Shown here: one piece after another, positions 5,958-11,991 of the stretch
Numbering within the stretch: position 1 is the stretch's first letter
Layout: each line of letters begins with the position of its first letter
Assembly (NCBI GenBank): GCA_040756575.1
Contig: JBFLYP010000008.1
Coordinates: 79,523-103,522 of the forward strand
Direction of reading: 5' to 3'
DNA length: 24,000 nucleotides
DNA from: Bacillota bacterium
GTDB taxonomy: Bacteria; Bacillota; Desulfotomaculia; Desulfotomaculales; Ammonificaceae
Position numbers and translations under genes: made by a program
The notes under the pieces: generated by a model
Seen by the model: only the letters and a program-made list of their open reading frames with translations
Database searches by the model: none
What the model was told of the DNA's origin: nothing

Positions 5958-6218
5958 ATGGCCACCGAAAAAAAGGATTTAAAAGAAATCTTGCGCCTTG
6001 CCAGCCAGCTTCCGGAGGAGCAACAATTAGAACTTATTACCAAGTTGTCCTTACGCCTCCGCGTTAAAGGTGAAAGAGAAAATACCGGTAAACGATTGTC
6101 TGCTGCCAAAGAAGCACTCTTGGAAAAGACAAAGGGAGCTTGGGCCAACAATCCTGAAATAGAACGCGCGCTTGCAGAACTCAACCGGAGTTGGCAGGAA
6201 TGGGCAAAGGAATTGTAA
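5958..6218 (+). CDS. Putative antitoxin (VapB-position) of PIN toxin
   Basis: ATG after gaggtgaaaaa. Its N-terminus MATEKKDLKEILRLASQLPEEQQLELITKLS is paralogous to 10827-11057. Overlaps the PIN gene. Confidence 0.55.
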   Translation: MATEKKDLKEILRLASQLPEEQQLELITKLSLRLRVKGERENTGKRLSAAKEALLEKTKGAWANNPEIERALAELNRSWQEWAKEL

Positions 6219-6592
6219 TTGATACCGGCGTTATAATTGCTCACCTGAGAGCAGCCGGCAAAACAAAGACCTCTTTCCAGGAGGCTATTGAGCGGTATCC
6301 AAAATGTTATATATCGTCAATCACTGCCTGGGAAATCGAATACGGTGCCTGTCGCGCCGGGCGCCCTTCAGATCTCACGGATATTTTGGGATTGGTTAAA
6401 GTGTTGCCTTTTGACCTGGAAGATGCACGCGTAGCTGCAAAAGTGCACGCGGAACTGAAATCGCGCAACCAAGAAATAGGCATCCGGGACGTCTTTATCG
6501 CCGGAACCTGCCTGGCAAATGGTCTGCCTCTTTTAACCGCCAACGTCAAGCACTTCCGGCGAGTAAGTAACTTAGAGGTAATACAACCTTGA
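6200..6592 (+). CDS. vapC: PIN domain ribonuclease toxin (VapC family)
   Basis: GIVIDTGVIIAHL (first acidic residue), ...ITAWEIEYG..., ...IGIRDVFIAGTCLANGLPLLTANVKHF. ATG at 6200 preferred over TTG at 6191. The stop TGA lies in the first heptamer. Confidence 0.8.
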   Translation: MGKGIVIDTGVIIAHLRAAGKTKTSFQEAIERYPKCYISSITAWEIEYGACRAGRPSDLTDILGLVKVLPFDLEDARVAAKVHAELKSRNQEIGIRDVFIAGTCLANGLPLLTANVKHFRRVSNLEVIQP

Positions 6593-6692
6593 ACCTTAAA
6601 CGTTGAACTTTGAACCTTGAATGTTGAACGTTGAACGTTGAACGGACCCCAGAGGTCCATCCCTTAAGCCTGAACCTTGAACGTTGAACGAA
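6585..6692 (+). repeat. Heptamer array R9 (8 units, hairpin motif, 3 units)
   Basis: aaccttg aacctta aacgttg aactttg aaccttg aatgttg aacgttg aacgttg, then motif 6640-6669, then gaacctt gaacgtt gaacgaa. Confidence 0.9.
6640..6669 (+). repeat. Hairpin motif, copy 3
   Basis: gaacGGACCccagaGGTCCatcccttaagc. Confidence 0.9.
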
Positions 6693-6709
6693 AAAAGGAG
6701 TGACCTGCG

Positions 6710-6907
6710 ATGAAAAAGTCTCTGAAAAACTACGACGACCTCAACGTGACAGAAAAGCGGATCAGCTATCTCTTAGGAGCACGGTTGCGAGAAACAGACA
6801 GGGTCAAGAATGCGATGAAAAAACAGGATGGGATCAGGAAGAAGCATCCTGCACCTGAAGGTTGGGATAGCGCTTCCGTAATTAGAAGTTGGCGGGAAAC
6901 CCGGTGA
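6710..6907 (+). CDS. Putative antitoxin (VapB-position)
   Basis: ATG after RBS aaggag. Small charged protein. Its stop overlaps the GTG of the downstream PIN fragment (GTGA). Confidence 0.5.
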   Translation: MKKSLKNYDDLNVTEKRISYLLGARLRETDRVKNAMKKQDGIRKKHPAPEGWDSASVIRSWRETR

Positions 6908-7310
6908 GTGTTTTAGACGCCTCTGTAATACTGAAGTGGTTCATAAATGAAGAGGACAGCGACCAGGCACTCCGGCTCAGAGAAGAATTCTACTCAGGTA
7001 AAAGGGATATCGTAGTTCCTGATCTTCTATTATATGAGGTAGTGAACGCTTTAAAATACAATCCAACTTTTAAAGAAACTGAAATCAAGAAAGCGGTTAA
7101 AACGCTTTTCGACCTTGGAATAAAGATAATAACTCCCGCTTTGAAAAAGCTAAAGGACTGCGGCTAAAATAAAAATATAGGGATAAGCCGGATATCTCGT
7201 TTACGGATTTAACTTCTATCGTAATTATGCAGGAGCTGAAAATCTCGCGGATTTTACCAGAGGACGAACACTTCATGCAGGTCGGCCTGAATTTCGAACT
7301 TGCTCCATAA
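6904..7310 (+). pseudogene. vapC: Disrupted/chimeric PIN (VapC) toxin
   Basis: The N-terminal part VSVLDASVILKWF...VVPDLLLYEVVNAL stops at 7165-7167 after about 88 codons. A different frame (7173-7310) encodes a PIN C-terminus of another subtype: DISFTDLTSIVIMQELKISRILPEDEHFMQVGL..*. Confidence 0.6.
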
Positions 7311-7311
7311 C

Positions 7312-7393
7312 GAACCTTGAACCTTGAACGTTGAACCTTGAACGGACCCCAAAGGTCCATCAACCTAAGCTTTAACGTTGAACGTTGAACAGA
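7312..7393 (+). repeat. Heptamer array R10 (4 units, hairpin motif, 3 units)
   Basis: gaacctt gaacctt gaacgtt gaacctt, then motif 7340-7370, then taacgtt gaacgtt gaacaga. Confidence 0.9.
7340..7370 (+). repeat. Hairpin motif, copy 4
   Basis: gaacGGACCccaaaGGTCCatcaacctaagc (tail variant). Confidence 0.85.
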
Positions 7394-7410
7394 CAGGAGG
7401 CCCCCTACCC

Positions 7411-8073
7411 GTGAGTCTGAACGAAAAAGAAGCGAAAAGTCTGAAGCTGATTCGCGAAACCCTCGACCGCTTCGGCCCGGACAAAGTCGCTACCACCTGG
7501 ACCGGCGGCAAGGACTCCACCACCCTCCTGCACATGCTCCGGCAGGTGGGCGGCGGCAAAGTCCCCGTCCGGGTGATAAAAATCGATACCGGCGCCGACT
7601 TCCCGGAGATTTACGCCTTCGTGGACCGGCTGGCGAAGGAATGGGAGTTAGACCTCCACGTCCTCCGCAACGAAGAAGCGATAAAAACCATCAAAGTGGC
7701 GGAGGACCCGCTCCAGTGCTGCTACCAGCTCAAGACCGTGCCGCTCCTCAACTTCATCCGGGAGCAGGGCTTGAAAGCGGTCTTCACCGCCATCCGTTGG
7801 GATGAGCAGGAGGCCCGGCAGGATGAGCAGTACTTCTCCGAGCGGAAGGATCCCGACCACCTGCGGGTGCAGCCCCTCCTGCACTTCCGGGAGATCGACA
7901 TCTGGAGCTACATCCGGAAGTACGATTTGCCCTTCTGCGAGCTCTACCGCCGGGGCTACCGCAGCCTCGACTGCGTGTCCTGCACCGGCCGCGGCGGCCC
8001 CAGCGAACGCGACGCCCGCTCCCGGGACAAGGAGGCCGCCATGCAGCGCCTGCGGGAGATGGGCTATTTCTAA
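7411..8073 (+). CDS. PAPS reductase / PP-loop ATP pyrophosphatase family protein (intact copy)
   Basis: GTG at 7411 after RBS caggagg; the tracked TTG at 7378 lies in the repeat. PP-loop-like TWTGGKDSTTLLHML. CysH/CysD-like LRVQPLLHFREIDIWSYIRKYDLPFCELYRRGYRSLDCVSCT. Confidence 0.85.
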   Translation: MSLNEKEAKSLKLIRETLDRFGPDKVATTWTGGKDSTTLLHMLRQVGGGKVPVRVIKIDTGADFPEIYAFVDRLAKEWELDLHVLRNEEAIKTIKVAEDPLQCCYQLKTVPLLNFIREQGLKAVFTAIRWDEQEARQDEQYFSERKDPDHLRVQPLLHFREIDIWSYIRKYDLPFCELYRRGYRSLDCVSCTGRGGPSERDARSRDKEAAMQRLREMGYF

Positions 8074-8097
8074 CAAATGCGAGATAGGTTACAATAT
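8074..8097 (+). repeat. 24-nt shared joint, copy 2 (TACAAT at 8090-8095)
   Basis: Identical to 4313-4336. Confidence 0.8.
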
Positions 8098-8121
8098 AGA
8101 CTGAGAGGGGTGCGCCAGGTA

Positions 8122-8391
8122 ATGAAGATTTTCTATACAGTCGTCCTGAGAAAACTCTCCGACCAGTGGGTAGCCCTGTGCCTGGAAAACGGTTGCGTGG
8201 GACAGGGAACCACCCGGGAGGAAGCCGTAGAGAAGCTCAGATCCGCGGTTTCTTCCATAATGGAGGCAGCACATGACGATCCGGATATATTTGTGGCACC
8301 GGTACCGATTAAGGAACTTCATGAGTTTCTGACCGTCGGCGGCGTCGATCCTGTGGCCGAAACCTTTGAGCTAAGGGCCGTAAATGCCTAA
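8122..8391 (+). CDS. hicB: HicB-family antitoxin
   Basis: ATG at 8122. MKIFYTVVLRKLSDQWVALCLENGCVGQGTTREEAVEKLRSAV is the HicB N-domain pattern. Overlaps hicA by 8 nt. Confidence 0.7.
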   Translation: MKIFYTVVLRKLSDQWVALCLENGCVGQGTTREEAVEKLRSAVSSIMEAAHDDPDIFVAPVPIKELHEFLTVGGVDPVAETFELRAVNA

Positions 8392-8626
8392 GAACATTCC
8401 GTCGCTGAAGCCCCGCCAGTTGGTCCGTCTGTTGGAGGGAGCGGGCTGTCGCTTTTACAGGGAGGGCAAAGGCGATCACCGCCTTTACGTGCGCTACGCT
8501 GAAGGAAAGAAGTTGGTGGTTCCCATAGATATGGGGCTTACGGAACTCTCCCCAGTATATATCTTGCGCGTACTCAGACAGTTCAGGTTCACAGACGCAG
8601 AAATTGAAGAAATGTTGAAATCATAG
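8384..8626 (+). CDS. hicA: HicA-family mRNA interferase toxin
   Basis: LKPRQLVRLLEGAGCRFYREGKGDHRLYV is the YcfA/HicA pattern. Paired with the upstream HicB. Confidence 0.8.
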   Translation: MPKNIPSLKPRQLVRLLEGAGCRFYREGKGDHRLYVRYAEGKKLVVPIDMGLTELSPVYILRVLRQFRFTDAEIEEMLKS

Positions 8627-8729
8627 CCTGTGCCCCTGCACCGGCCGCGGCGGGCCTACCGAGCGCGGCGCCCGTTCCCGGGATAAAGAGGCAGCCATGC
8701 AGCGCCTCCGCGAAATGGGCTACTTTTAA
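8627..8729 (+). pseudogene. About 100-bp relic of the PAPS-reductase-family 3' end
   Basis: Aligns with 7971-8073 (tgcaccggccgcggcgg...atgcagcgcct.cg.ga.atgggcta.tt.taa). Starts right after the hicA stop. Its own stop (8727-8729) is the first unit of array R11. Confidence 0.8.
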
Positions 8730-8800
8730 CGTTGAACGTTGAACGTTGAACGTTGAACGTTGAACGGACCCCAGAGGTCCATCCCTTAAGCTTTAACGAG
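8727..8800 (+). repeat. Heptamer array R11 (5 units, hairpin motif, 1 unit)
   Basis: taacgtt (gaacgtt)x4, then motif 8762-8791, then tt taacgag. Confidence 0.9.
8762..8791 (+). repeat. Hairpin motif, copy 5
   Basis: gaacGGACCccagaGGTCCatcccttaagc, identical to copy 3. Confidence 0.9.
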
Positions 8801-8809
8801 GTGAAAAAA

Positions 8810-9034
8810 ATGGGACTCGAAAACACAAGAGACGAACTGCTCCTAAAACAAATCAACACCTTAGAACGCGAAGTAGAGCGCCTCAAGCGGAACCTTCTTC
8901 ATAACCTAACTGCGAGGACCGGCCGAAAAAAAGCCAAACCCTCTCTGTTTGGAAGCGTCCGGAGCGGCGACATTGCCGATGAAGAGATCCAAAAGGCAAA
9001 GACGGCTTTGTTTAGAGACCTGGAGGATCTGTAG
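8810..9034 (+). CDS. Putative antitoxin (VapB-position)
   Basis: ATG at 8810 after gaggtgaaaaaa; the tracked upstream start lies in the repeat. Coiled-coil-like small protein immediately upstream of the PIN gene. Confidence 0.5.
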   Translation: MGLENTRDELLLKQINTLEREVERLKRNLLHNLTARTGRKKAKPSLFGSVRSGDIADEEIQKAKTALFRDLEDL

Positions 9035-9051
9035 CGCTTATGGAGGAGGAT

Positions 9052-9438
9052 ATGCTGTATGTTCTTGATACCCATGTGCTCATTTGGTATTTCACCGGTA
9101 GTAGACGCCTTAAACAGCAGCTTAAAGAACTCATTGATCATGTTCGGTCAGCAGGTGGACGTCTGTTAGTCCCTACGATAGTGCTGGCCGAAGCAATGGA
9201 CATCGCCGAAAAAGGCCGTGTACGCTTCGACTTCACCGAAATGTACCGGTTGATCAAGGAAGAACCGGAGTTCGAAATCGTCAGCTTCAGCCCGGATATC
9301 CTTGAAGAGTCGACGCGGATCAGTAATATTCCTGAAATTCACGACCGAATCATCGTCGCTACAGCTAAATTTTACCAGGCAGGTATACTAACAAAAGACA
9401 GGATAATCCGTAGCTCAGGAGAGACAGAAACGCCTTGA
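9052..9438 (+). CDS. vapC: PIN domain ribonuclease toxin (VapC family)
   Basis: MLYVLDTHVLIWYF..., ...VPTIVLAEA..., ...HDRIIVATA.....ILTKD. RBS ggaggagga. The stop TGA lies in the first heptamer. Confidence 0.8.
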   Translation: MLYVLDTHVLIWYFTGSRRLKQQLKELIDHVRSAGGRLLVPTIVLAEAMDIAEKGRVRFDFTEMYRLIKEEPEFEIVSFSPDILEESTRISNIPEIHDRIIVATAKFYQAGILTKDRIIRSSGETETP

Positions 9439-9485
9439 ACGCCGCACGCCGAACGTAGAACGTAGAACGTCGAACGGTGAAACAA
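9437..9485 (+). repeat. Heptamer array R12 (7 units, in phase up to the next ATG)
   Basis: gaacgcc gcacgcc gaacgta gaacgta gaacgtc gaacggt gaaacaa, followed directly by ATG 9486. Confidence 0.9.
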
Positions 9486-9859
9486 ATGCCAATCGAAAAA
9501 TTCGAAGACATCCAGGCCTGGCAGCTTGCCCGGGAGTTGACCCAGGGGTGTATACAGCAACAAACCGGAAGGAATTCAGCCGTGACTATGGCCTGCGCGA
9601 CCAGGTGCAGCGCGCCGCCGTCCCCATAATGGCCAATATCGCGGAGGGATTCGACAGCCAGAGCAACCAGACGTTCCTGCAGTTCCTGAGCTACGCGGTC
9701 CGGTCGGCTACCGAGGTCCAGTCCCATCTCTACGTCGCCCTGGACCAAGGCTACATAAACGAAACTACGTTTGCCGAATTGTACAAACAAACGGAGGAAG
9801 TTAAAAAAACGATTTACGGCTTTATGCGCTACCTGCGCTCCAACCCCAAAAAACGTTGA
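9486..9859 (+). pseudogene. Four-helix-bundle protein (23S rRNA intervening-sequence protein family), apparent 1-nt frameshift near codon 21
   Basis: ATG 9486 gives MPIEKFEDIQAWQLARELTQG, the typical family N-terminus (F.DL.vWQ.A..L). The rest of the family signature (VYTAT..F..DYGLRDQVQRAAVPIMANIAEGF...FLQFLSYAVRSATEVQSHLYVA) is in the frame of tracked ORF 9548-9859. Could instead be a sequencing error or a GTG-initiated shorter product. Confidence 0.7.
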
Positions 9860-10016
9860 ACTATCTAACTTCGAACTAATAAACTTCGAACTTCGAACTA
9901 TCCAACTTCGAACTTCGAACTATCCAACTTCGAACTTCGAACTATCTAACTTCGAACTTCGAACTTCGAACTAACAAACTTCGAACTAATTAACCTTGAA
10001 CCTTGAACGTTGAACG
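9854..10016 (+). repeat. Heptamer/octamer array R13 (TTCGAAC type, 22-nt higher-order repeat; last 3 units TTGAAC type)
   Basis: cgttgaa ctatctaa cttcgaa ctaataaa (cttcgaa)x2 ctatccaa (cttcgaa)x2 ctatccaa (cttcgaa)x2 ctatctaa (cttcgaa)x3 ctaacaaa cttcgaa ctaattaa ccttgaa ccttgaa cgttgaa. Confidence 0.95.
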
Positions 10017-10030
10017 GGGTAAAGTATAGT
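10003..10030 (+). promoter_or_regulatory. Candidate sigma-A-type promoter: TTGAAC (from the last heptamers), 16 nt, TATAGT
   Basis: TTGAAC at 10003-10008 and TATAGT at 10025-10030, inside conserved leader copy 2 (10018-10078). Sequence resemblance only. Confidence 0.4.
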
Positions 10031-10081
10031 AAAAAAAACCGACCAGTACCGAACGAAAAATAATAGATGGGGGTAGACGAA

Positions 10082-10360
10082 ATGGAACTGCTTCGGGAAG
10101 TGGCTGAAGCGCTCGATATGAAACAGGATTTTCTCGCCCGGAAAAGCCTGACCTTATACCTGGAAAAAGAACTGCGCGACACGGAAGCAGCGATTTTTAA
10201 AATCACCTCCAGATACGGCGTTAAGTCAGTATTTGAACTTGATGAAAGACTGAAACAAGGGAAACTGAAAGAAGAAGATATGCTTGACGACTTCCTTGAA
10301 CTTGACTACCTGGAGGCAAAAAGGGATAAGATCCGCCGTGTCCTGGAGAAGATTCAATGA
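10082..10360 (+). CDS. Putative antitoxin-position protein upstream of the DUF6516-like gene
   Basis: ATG at 10082 after gatggggg. Helical charged protein MELLREVAEALDMKQDFLARKSL.... ATGA overlap with the next gene. Confidence 0.5.
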   Translation: MELLREVAEALDMKQDFLARKSLTLYLEKELRDTEAAIFKITSRYGVKSVFELDERLKQGKLKEEDMLDDFLELDYLEAKRDKIRRVLEKIQ

Positions 10361-10737
10361 TAACGCTGGAAAAGCTCCGGAGAATCGCCGAAGTCGAGTA
10401 TTGTGATATAGTGGCATTTACGGAGATTATGCAAAATAAGCTCCGGATTTACCTGATAGATAAGTCATTTGTTGATGTTGGGTTTTCAGTAAAGGTCCCT
10501 GGCCGCTACTCCTATCACTGGGAAAGACGACACGTAGATCAAACGATCTATCGCCATGATAATTTTCCGGACCCACGTTGGAAGGCGGTCTCGACCTTTC
10601 CTAAGCACTTCCATAAAGGGTCGGAGAACCAAGTGGAGGAGAGTCACATCAATGACGACCCAGGGACAGGCATCCGTCAATTTATGGAATTCGTCCAAAG
10701 ATTGATTAGAGGTCTAACTTCGAACTGTAAACCTTGA
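10357..10737 (+). CDS. DUF6516-like (TumE-type) putative toxin
   Basis: YSYHWERRH...IYRHDNFPDPRWKAVSTFPKHFHKGSE resembles the DUF6516 pattern (Y.YHW......RyDNaPH......fPhHkH). Family recalled from memory, not searched. The last codons (LTSNCKP*) are repeat units. Confidence 0.5.
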   Translation: MITLEKLRRIAEVEYCDIVAFTEIMQNKLRIYLIDKSFVDVGFSVKVPGRYSYHWERRHVDQTIYRHDNFPDPRWKAVSTFPKHFHKGSENQVEESHINDDPGTGIRQFMEFVQRLIRGLTSNCKP

Positions 10738-10817
10738 ACGAGGAGTGTTTTTGATGATCGAACTTCGAACTATCTAACTTCGAACTTCGAACTATCGAAC
10801 TTCGAACTATTAACCGA
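10714..10817 (+). repeat. Heptamer array R14 (two blocks: 10714-10743 and 10758-10817)
   Basis: ctaacttcgaactgtaaaccttgaacgagg ... cgaacttcgaactatctaacttcgaacttcgaactatcgaacttcgaactattaaccgagg. Confidence 0.85.
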
Positions 10818-10826
10818 GGTGAAAAA

Positions 10827-11057
10827 ATGGCCACCGAAAAGAAAAAAATATCAGAGCTTGTGCGACTCGCCGGCAGACTTCCGGTAAACGAACAATTAGA
10901 ATTAATCGCCAGACTTTCTGCCCAGCTTGCAGGTAAGAGAGCCGCTCACATTGAAAAAAGAACATGGATGGAAATGGCGGGTCTCGGCGCCGAAATTTGG
11001 AAAGACGTTGACGCCCAGGAGTATGTCCGCCGGGAGAGAGCAAGTTGGGAAGATTAG
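10827..11057 (+). CDS. Putative antitoxin (VapB-position), paralog of 5958-6218
   Basis: Same leader gaggtgaaaaaATGgccaccgaaaa. N-terminus MATEKKKISELVRLAGRLPVNEQLELIARLS. Confidence 0.55.
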   Translation: MATEKKKISELVRLAGRLPVNEQLELIARLSAQLAGKRAAHIEKRTWMEMAGLGAEIWKDVDAQEYVRRERASWED

Positions 11058-11536
11058 CGGCGATCCTCAAAGCGTATCGCACTGTCGCACTGGATACCGC
11101 GGTTTTTATCTACCACTTCGAGAAAAACGAGAAGTATAGTGTAATAACTGAAGAAATTTTCTCGCGTCTGGACAAAGATAAAAACTTCGCTGCGGTTACT
11201 TCGGTCATCACCGTGCTGGAAGTTTGCGTAAAGCCTATTAAAGAATCGCGGCAGGACCTAGCGACCGAGTACACACAAAAATTGCTTTATGATGATAAAC
11301 TGGCAACCTGGGTTGTTGATGGAAATATAGCCCAAAAAGCTGCCGAAATCAGGGCTAAGTACGGTATAAGGACTCCTGATGCGATTCAAGTAGCCACAGC
11401 CATTACAGCGGAAGCAGATGTTTTTATCACCAATGACACCGCCTTAAAGAAAATCGAAGAAATCGAAGTACTGGTCCTCAAAGAACTTGCCGCCCCAGTG
11501 GAAGAGGCTAACACTCCAGCAAACGCCGAACGTTGA
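11045..11536 (+). CDS. vapC: PIN domain protein (VapC-like toxin); start uncertain
   Basis: VALDTAVFIYHF..., ...VITVLEV..., ...RTPDAIQVATAITAEADVFITND. The stop TGA lies in a heptamer unit. Confidence 0.7.
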   Translation: MGRLAAILKAYRTVALDTAVFIYHFEKNEKYSVITEEIFSRLDKDKNFAAVTSVITVLEVCVKPIKESRQDLATEYTQKLLYDDKLATWVVDGNIAQKAAEIRAKYGIRTPDAIQVATAITAEADVFITNDTALKKIEEIEVLVLKELAAPVEEANTPANAER

Positions 11537-11569
11537 ACGCCGAACGCCGAACGTAGAACGCAGAAAGGA
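11521..11569 (+). repeat. Heptamer array R15 (7 units)
   Basis: aaacgcc gaacgtt gaacgcc gaacgcc gaacgta gaacgca gaaagga, running into RBS aggagg. Confidence 0.9.
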
Positions 11570-11582
11570 GGCTTTAATTGCA

Positions 11583-11792
11583 ATGGATTCTGTCAAGCAA
11601 ACGGCCATCGAAGCCATAAAGCGGCTCCCTGACGGATGTTCCTTGGAGGACATTATGTATCAGGTCTATTTTATCTCGCAGGTATTTGAGGGTTTAAGGG
11701 ACGCTCAGGAAGGCCGGGTAATAACCAGCGAAGAATTAGATGCAGCGCGCCGCCGTCTCGGTTATGGCAAATATAGCGGAGGGCTTCGATAG
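11583..11792 (+). pseudogene. Antitoxin-like ORF whose 3' end is replaced by a junction into a four-helix-bundle gene fragment
   Basis: MDSVKQTAIEAIKRLPDGCSLEDIMYQVYFISQVFEGLRDAQEGRVITSEEL looks like a small addiction-module component. From about 11736 the DNA is homologous to 9603 onward, read out of frame. Confidence 0.5.
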
Positions 11793-11991
11793 CCAGAGCA
11801 ACCAGGTGTTTTTACAGTTCCTGACCTACGCGGTCAGGTCGGCTACCGAGGTCCAGTCGCATCTCTACGTCGCCCTGGACCAAGGCTATGTAACCAAAGA
11901 TACCTTTGATAACTTGTACAAGCAGGCGGAAAAAACGAAGAGCATTATATGCGGCCTTATGCGGTATCTCCGCACAAACCCTAAACCTTAA
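11736..11991 (+). pseudogene. Four-helix-bundle (23S rRNA IVS protein family) gene, 5'-truncated copy
   Basis: QRAAVSVMANIAEGFDSQSNQVFLQFLTYAVRSATEVQSHLYVALDQGYV... parallels 9606-9859. It lacks about the first 40 codons and any RBS. Confidence 0.7.

Noticed and set aside
7378-7410. Tracked start codons lying within repeat arrays (7378, 8753, 5129, 11487)
   Set aside because: These TTG/ATG codons precede the obvious RBS. Downstream starts with proper Shine-Dalgarno spacing (7411, 8810, 5159, 11583) are preferred.
9486-9859. Presence of a 23S rRNA intervening sequence or rRNA operon
   Set aside because: Only the protein family name refers to rRNA IVS. No rRNA-like sequence flanks these genes, and they sit among TA cassettes.
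9854-10016. Type III TA (ToxI-like) repetitive RNA antitoxin
   Set aside because: Known RNA antitoxin repeats are about 34-36 nt and precede ToxN/AbiQ-type toxins after a terminator. Here the units are 7-8 nt and the neighbouring genes are type II modules with protein antitoxins.
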